Below, piece by piece: positions 61,301 through 64,000 of a stretch of DNA of 64,000 bases; position 1 is the stretch's first letter; every line of letters begins with the position of its first letter. The position numbers and the translations under genes are program-made. The DNA is taken from assembly GCA_039630545.1 (NCBI GenBank), contig JBCNUU010000002.1, positions 1 through 64,000 on the forward strand, written 5' to 3'. The stretch is from Endomicrobiia bacterium. GTDB lineage: Bacteria; Elusimicrobiota; Endomicrobiia; DTEH01. The notes beneath the pieces are model-generated. The model had not been told where the DNA came from. It saw only the letters and a program-made list of their open reading frames with translations, and searched no databases.

Positions 61301-63117
61301 TTTTATCAGAATGGAAAGATAAAGAATCAACAATTATAAACGAAATAAATGAACTGGTAGAAAAGAAAACCAAAGAAATAGAAAATTTACAAATTCAAAA
61401 AGAACAATTATTAGAAAAAATTTCTAAAATAGAAAAAGAAGGAAAAGAAACTATAGAAAACATTCAAAATGAAATTTCAAAACTTAAATCTGAGATATCT
61501 TCTAAAAAAGAGTTATTTGAACAAGAATGGAGCTTAAAACAACAAGAATTTGAAGAATTAAAATCATCTTTTTATTCTGAAATTTCAAATCTTAAATCAA
61601 AAATTAACTTAGAAGCAGATGAATATAAACTTAAACTGACAGAAAAAAATCAAGCTATATCTACCTTAAAACAAGAATACGAAGGAAAATATAACCAACT
61701 TTTAAATGAATATAACAATAAAAAGAAAGAATTTGCTGTAAAAATTGAAAAATTAACTTCTCAAATAAATTCGTTAGAAGAAGAACTCTCATTAAAACAA
61801 CAAGAATATAATAGATTAAAAAGAGATAAAGAAGAAGAACTCAAGGAGTTAATATCTAAATTTTCAGATTTAGAACTAACAATTAAATTAGAAGAAGAAA
61901 AAAGGACAAAACAATTAGCCGAACAGAAAGAAAAATTTGAAAAAGAAATAGAATATTATAAATCTCAGCTCGAAAAACAAAGGAAAGAATATTTGGAAAA
62001 ACTTAACCTCCTCTTTGTTGAAGAACAAAGAATAACACAACAATATAATGAATTGGAAAAACAACTTTCTCAACAACTCTTAGAAGAAGAAAAAAATTAT
62101 GAAATAAAGAAAGAAAATTTACAAAAAGAAATTAAATTACTTCAAGATAAAATAAAAAATATAGAGTCTGAAAATGAAAGTTTAATAAAAGAATTGCAAA
62201 AAGAAATAGACAATATTAAAACAAAAATTGCTTTAAAAGAAATAGAAATAGCATCTGCAAAAAATAAATTAAATTTTGAACTTAAAAAATTTGTTTCAGA
62301 TTATGAACAAAAAAAAGATAAAATAATAAAAGAATTCAACAAGGAAAATATGGAAATTTTACAAAGAATTAAAAACAAAGAAGATGAAATAAATACATTA
62401 CAAACAAGATGTTCTTTAAGAAATCAAGCAATATTAGAAGAAAAAAGAAGAAGAGAAGAATTTATGGAAAGAGAAATCAAAAAAATAATGGATGAATTAA
62501 AAGAAATCGAAACAAATTATAAATCAAAAGAAAACTATTACAAAAATCGTATTCAACATTATAAAGAAAATATTGAACTTTTGAAACAACAACTTCAAAT
62601 TTTGCTACAAAACTGGGAAGACGAAAAAAATAAAATGTTGTCAAAGAAAGAATCACATAAAAAACTATTAAATGAAGAGATAAATATGTTAAAACAAAAA
62701 TTAAATGAGTATAAATATATCATTAATGCTTTAGTTGAAAAAATAGAGTCAAAACTAAAATTAGAAAATGAACTTTTAGAAATAAAAGATTCAGAACTTA
62801 TAAAAGAAAAAGAAATTACACAATATGTGATGGAAAAGATCTTCTCAACCGTACCAGGAAAAAAATTTAAAGATAAAATTGATAAAACTCAGCTATATAA
62901 AGCAATAGATCTATACAATGCACAACAATATGATATAGCATTGAAAGAATTTTTGAAGTTGCTAGCAGATGATGAAAATAACGAAATTGTCAATCAATAC
63001 ATTAGTTTATGTTATTATAATCTAAATGATATCCAAAATGCAAAAAAATATGCTTTAAAAGTGTTAGAAATTAACCCAGAAAATAATGCAGTTAAAAATT
63101 GGCTTAAAGAAATATAA
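58306..63117 (+). CDS. Giant coiled-coil protein of about 24 tandem 61-aa periods with a C-terminal TPR
   Basis: E/K/Q/L/I-rich, almost no Pro/Gly, no signal peptide or Walker A; motif recurs every 183 nt; TPR 'AIDLYNAQQY..ALKVLEINPEN'; RBS AGGAGG. Confidence 0.85.
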   Translation: MSIFDKIKIKFSQQDVRKNEISNNTDLAKSSCVSATSQKESQEDLSMLKENLLAEFHYLEQKIQQEREELLSRLNSKEEELVSLEMKLSSLEYKINFNKIDFGKEIEKIKNQISAELEKLNEEYNIEITKWQKKLENKSNEIEQLRNKIILEETQNKMLTEQKKQECKQEIEFLNNRVENLKKQLEEEKEKFLKRINEKDEEILKLKSLIELKEKQLKIEEEKYLLLAKDLNEKRITQISEMQRKFDEKIENYKKLYKAKEEEYFTIKNILEQKYQEWQQQQEEIVSNLQNKKRLYEEKINELSQEVEKIKKEYETIILQKEEEIKKLKVEIMLKETQQNALIEQKKKSLIDEEQKIHQQICELEQKFIKEYENYNKLIKDKDQEIIQLQILYQQRTSQLKEEWDKKIKKLQQEKENLEKEIIDLTNLLDTTKNKFFKIIEDKKDYIRTLKKQYYEKTEIFKKQFEELIEKALKEKQHLEEEYKIKEKEFTTRKNELEAILKKKEEEILYLNSKIEAEIENHQKKLLLLQKQFEYENRPLYIRISKLKEEIKNKEAKLKAFIEKKDKEIEQIVKDYENFKNEAEKRHLEKINEIENRKKQYETKIFNLQNTLLEYETQFKEKIAQLEEKLQQATKELSNIEENFEKEKQKIIEANKEEIKKIETEIASLQSKINDLSEYQTKIEQEKNTELNEWKNKLESLKQLKGKELEDLQKNAEKEYLKYEQELKNIEEKISYKKKEYDKILYEKQKNLETLISNLEQKKLTYEQQLLDLKKHWENNLTPLINKKKELQNEVILLETNSKNLIENYIKEINDLKLAYEEQQKTYQIQENQKKEEIKKIKQELFEKIKNKQQEIEEITQFYTQKLSELENNKNNIIFQNKKILENLELEKEKVNNEFENKKRELQKEIENLENKIVEINHTIKIQTDEKEKEKESLIIQLKELQKEKEAKLFKLQKTSELISDRLERRIKFYTETLNSLRNEYEKLISQKQQELEFVLSEWKDKESTIINEINELVEKKTKEIENLQIQKEQLLEKISKIEKEGKETIENIQNEISKLKSEISSKKELFEQEWSLKQQEFEELKSSFYSEISNLKSKINLEADEYKLKLTEKNQAISTLKQEYEGKYNQLLNEYNNKKKEFAVKIEKLTSQINSLEEELSLKQQEYNRLKRDKEEELKELISKFSDLELTIKLEEEKRTKQLAEQKEKFEKEIEYYKSQLEKQRKEYLEKLNLLFVEEQRITQQYNELEKQLSQQLLEEEKNYEIKKENLQKEIKLLQDKIKNIESENESLIKELQKEIDNIKTKIALKEIEIASAKNKLNFELKKFVSDYEQKKDKIIKEFNKENMEILQRIKNKEDEINTLQTRCSLRNQAILEEKRRREEFMEREIKKIMDELKEIETNYKSKENYYKNRIQHYKENIELLKQQLQILLQNWEDEKNKMLSKKESHKKLLNEEINMLKQKLNEYKYIINALVEKIESKLKLENELLEIKDSELIKEKEITQYVMEKIFSTVPGKKFKDKIDKTQLYKAIDLYNAQQYDIALKEFLKLLADDENNEIVNQYISLCYYNLNDIQNAKKYALKVLEINPENNAVKNWLKEI
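58534..62745 (+). repeat. 183-nt (61-aa) degenerate tandem repeat within the CDS
   Basis: Anchor Lys of [IL]xxK[DE]xE[IL] at 58534, 58717, 58900, 59083, 59266, 59449, 59632, 59815 and 59998, and still in phase at 60364, 60547, 61096, 61279, 61645, 61828 and 62377. Confidence 0.85.
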
Positions 63118-63136
63118 AAGGGGGTAATAAAAAGAA

Positions 63137-64000
63137 ATGGATGAAATAAATAAACCACAAATACCCAAACCACCTCTTCCTTCTAATAAACCATCGGGGC
63201 CTAAACTGCCTGTTGGGAACGATAAACAAGTTAATTTACCATTTAAAAAAACAACTCAACCGCAAATTAGTACTCCTTCTAGGAGTATATCGAGTAGTTC
63301 TTCAACTACTCCACCACAATTTTCTTCATCTATAGAACAAAGATTATGGGAAGCAGAACAAGCAAAAAGACAAATGGAAATTCAACTGCAAGAATTGCAA
63401 AGAATGTTACTTGAAGAACGGGAAAAACTTATAATGCAAACAATGAAAACAAAAGAAGAAGAAGCACTCGCTGCAAAAGTTGAAGAGAGTATAAAAGACA
63501 TACAGGAAAGATTAAGAAGAGAAAAAAGAGAACAAGAACTGAAAGAAGAAAAAGAAAAACTCTTAAAACAGATAAAAGAACTTGAAGAACGACTGGCAAA
63601 AGAAAGAGAAACGTGGATAGAAACTTTAAAGACCCAGATGTCTCAAAGAGATCTCCAAGACCAGCAAATTGAACAGCAGTTTATTGCTAAAATAAGAGAT
63701 ATAGAAGCACGTTGGCAGGAAGAAAAAACTAAATTTCAGTTAATTCTTAAAAATAAAGATGAAGAAATAAATAGAATTAAAAATGAATATAAAGTTTTGG
63801 AAGAAAAACTTAAAGCAGATTTTGAAAAACAAATTGCAGAATATAAATTCCAGTATAAGAATTTTGAGAATGAAATAAAACATTTAAAAGAGGAAATCAC
63901 TGAAAAAGAAAAAGAGATTCTTGCATTGAAATCTACAATTGCCACAATGCAATCTGAGTCAAACATATCTAAGGATAAGTTTAATTATGAAATTAAAAAG
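63137..64000 (+). CDS. 3'-truncated coiled-coil protein with a Pro/Ser-rich N-terminal head (absent from the ORF track)
   Basis: GGGGG RBS-like sequence, ATG 63137: MDEINKPQIPKPPLPSNKPSGPK...IEQRLWEAEQAKRQMEIQLQELQ...; the frame stays open to the window end. Confidence 0.85.
   Translation, partial: MDEINKPQIPKPPLPSNKPSGPKLPVGNDKQVNLPFKKTTQPQISTPSRSISSSSSTTPPQFSSSIEQRLWEAEQAKRQMEIQLQELQRMLLEEREKLIMQTMKTKEEEALAAKVEESIKDIQERLRREKREQELKEEKEKLLKQIKELEERLAKERETWIETLKTQMSQRDLQDQQIEQQFIAKIRDIEARWQEEKTKFQLILKNKDEEINRIKNEYKVLEEKLKADFEKQIAEYKFQYKNFENEIKHLKEEITEKEKEILALKSTIATMQSESNISKDKFNYEIKK

Noticed and set aside
58306..63117. SMC/SbcC chromosome protein or phage tape measure
   Set aside because: No Walker A/B, signature or hinge; no phage genes nearby; ends in a TPR.
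1169..63966. Short ORFs overlapping long genes, mostly minus strand (e.g. 2003-2266, 8843-9184, 22963-23298, 56433-56954, 63736-63966)
   Set aside because: They are shadows of well-supported genes and have no motifs of their own.
1..64000. Mobile elements, defence systems, rRNA or tRNA
   Set aside because: No transposase, integrase, nuclease, cas or structured RNA signature was recognised by eye.

Overview
AT-rich bacterial DNA, gene-dense and almost entirely + strand. Outer-membrane barrel genes imply a diderm host; Elusimicrobiota/Goldbacteria-like is my inference from gene content only. There are four blocks. (1) 1-28.7 kb: a cellulose/glucan-degradation cluster (GH9, GH5-like with inserted CBM4, GH8, CBM11-like+GH44, GH48, GH5_1) with no dockerin, cohesin or SusC/D. 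Most enzymes instead carry stalks of 1-9 Ig-like domains and a shared T9SS-like C-terminal sorting domain. The block also has two PorV/PorP-like barrels, a large Fn3 protein and a frameshifted PilZ gene. (2) 28.8-34 kb: an ECF sigma factor, an unusual anti-sigma/TonB-like fusion, a class III nucleotide cyclase and an NtrC-type activator. A near-consensus ECF promoter lies upstream of the GH8 unit. (3) 34-54 kb: smpB, pyrE and a DUF58/BatA/DUF4159/GATase-like/DUF4175/peptidase-MA operon with no MoxR in view, interrupted by three DUF2723 (TMEM260-like) GT-C genes and a GT28, then a tRNA nucleotidyltransferase. (4) 54.3-64 kb: behind a perfect sigma70 promoter, an operon of a CTD-only protein, a PorV-TPR barrel, an apparent FliF(RBM3)-FliG-TPR fusion with no other flagellar gene nearby, a 1603-aa coiled coil of about 24 indel-free 61-aa periods, and a second coiled-coil gene cut by the window end. 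Block 4 is my best candidate for an undescribed system: a repurposed flagellar-rotor ring linked to T9SS-like export and a long filament. No rRNA, tRNA, CRISPR array or mobile element was seen. All family calls come from motif recognition by eye, not database searches.
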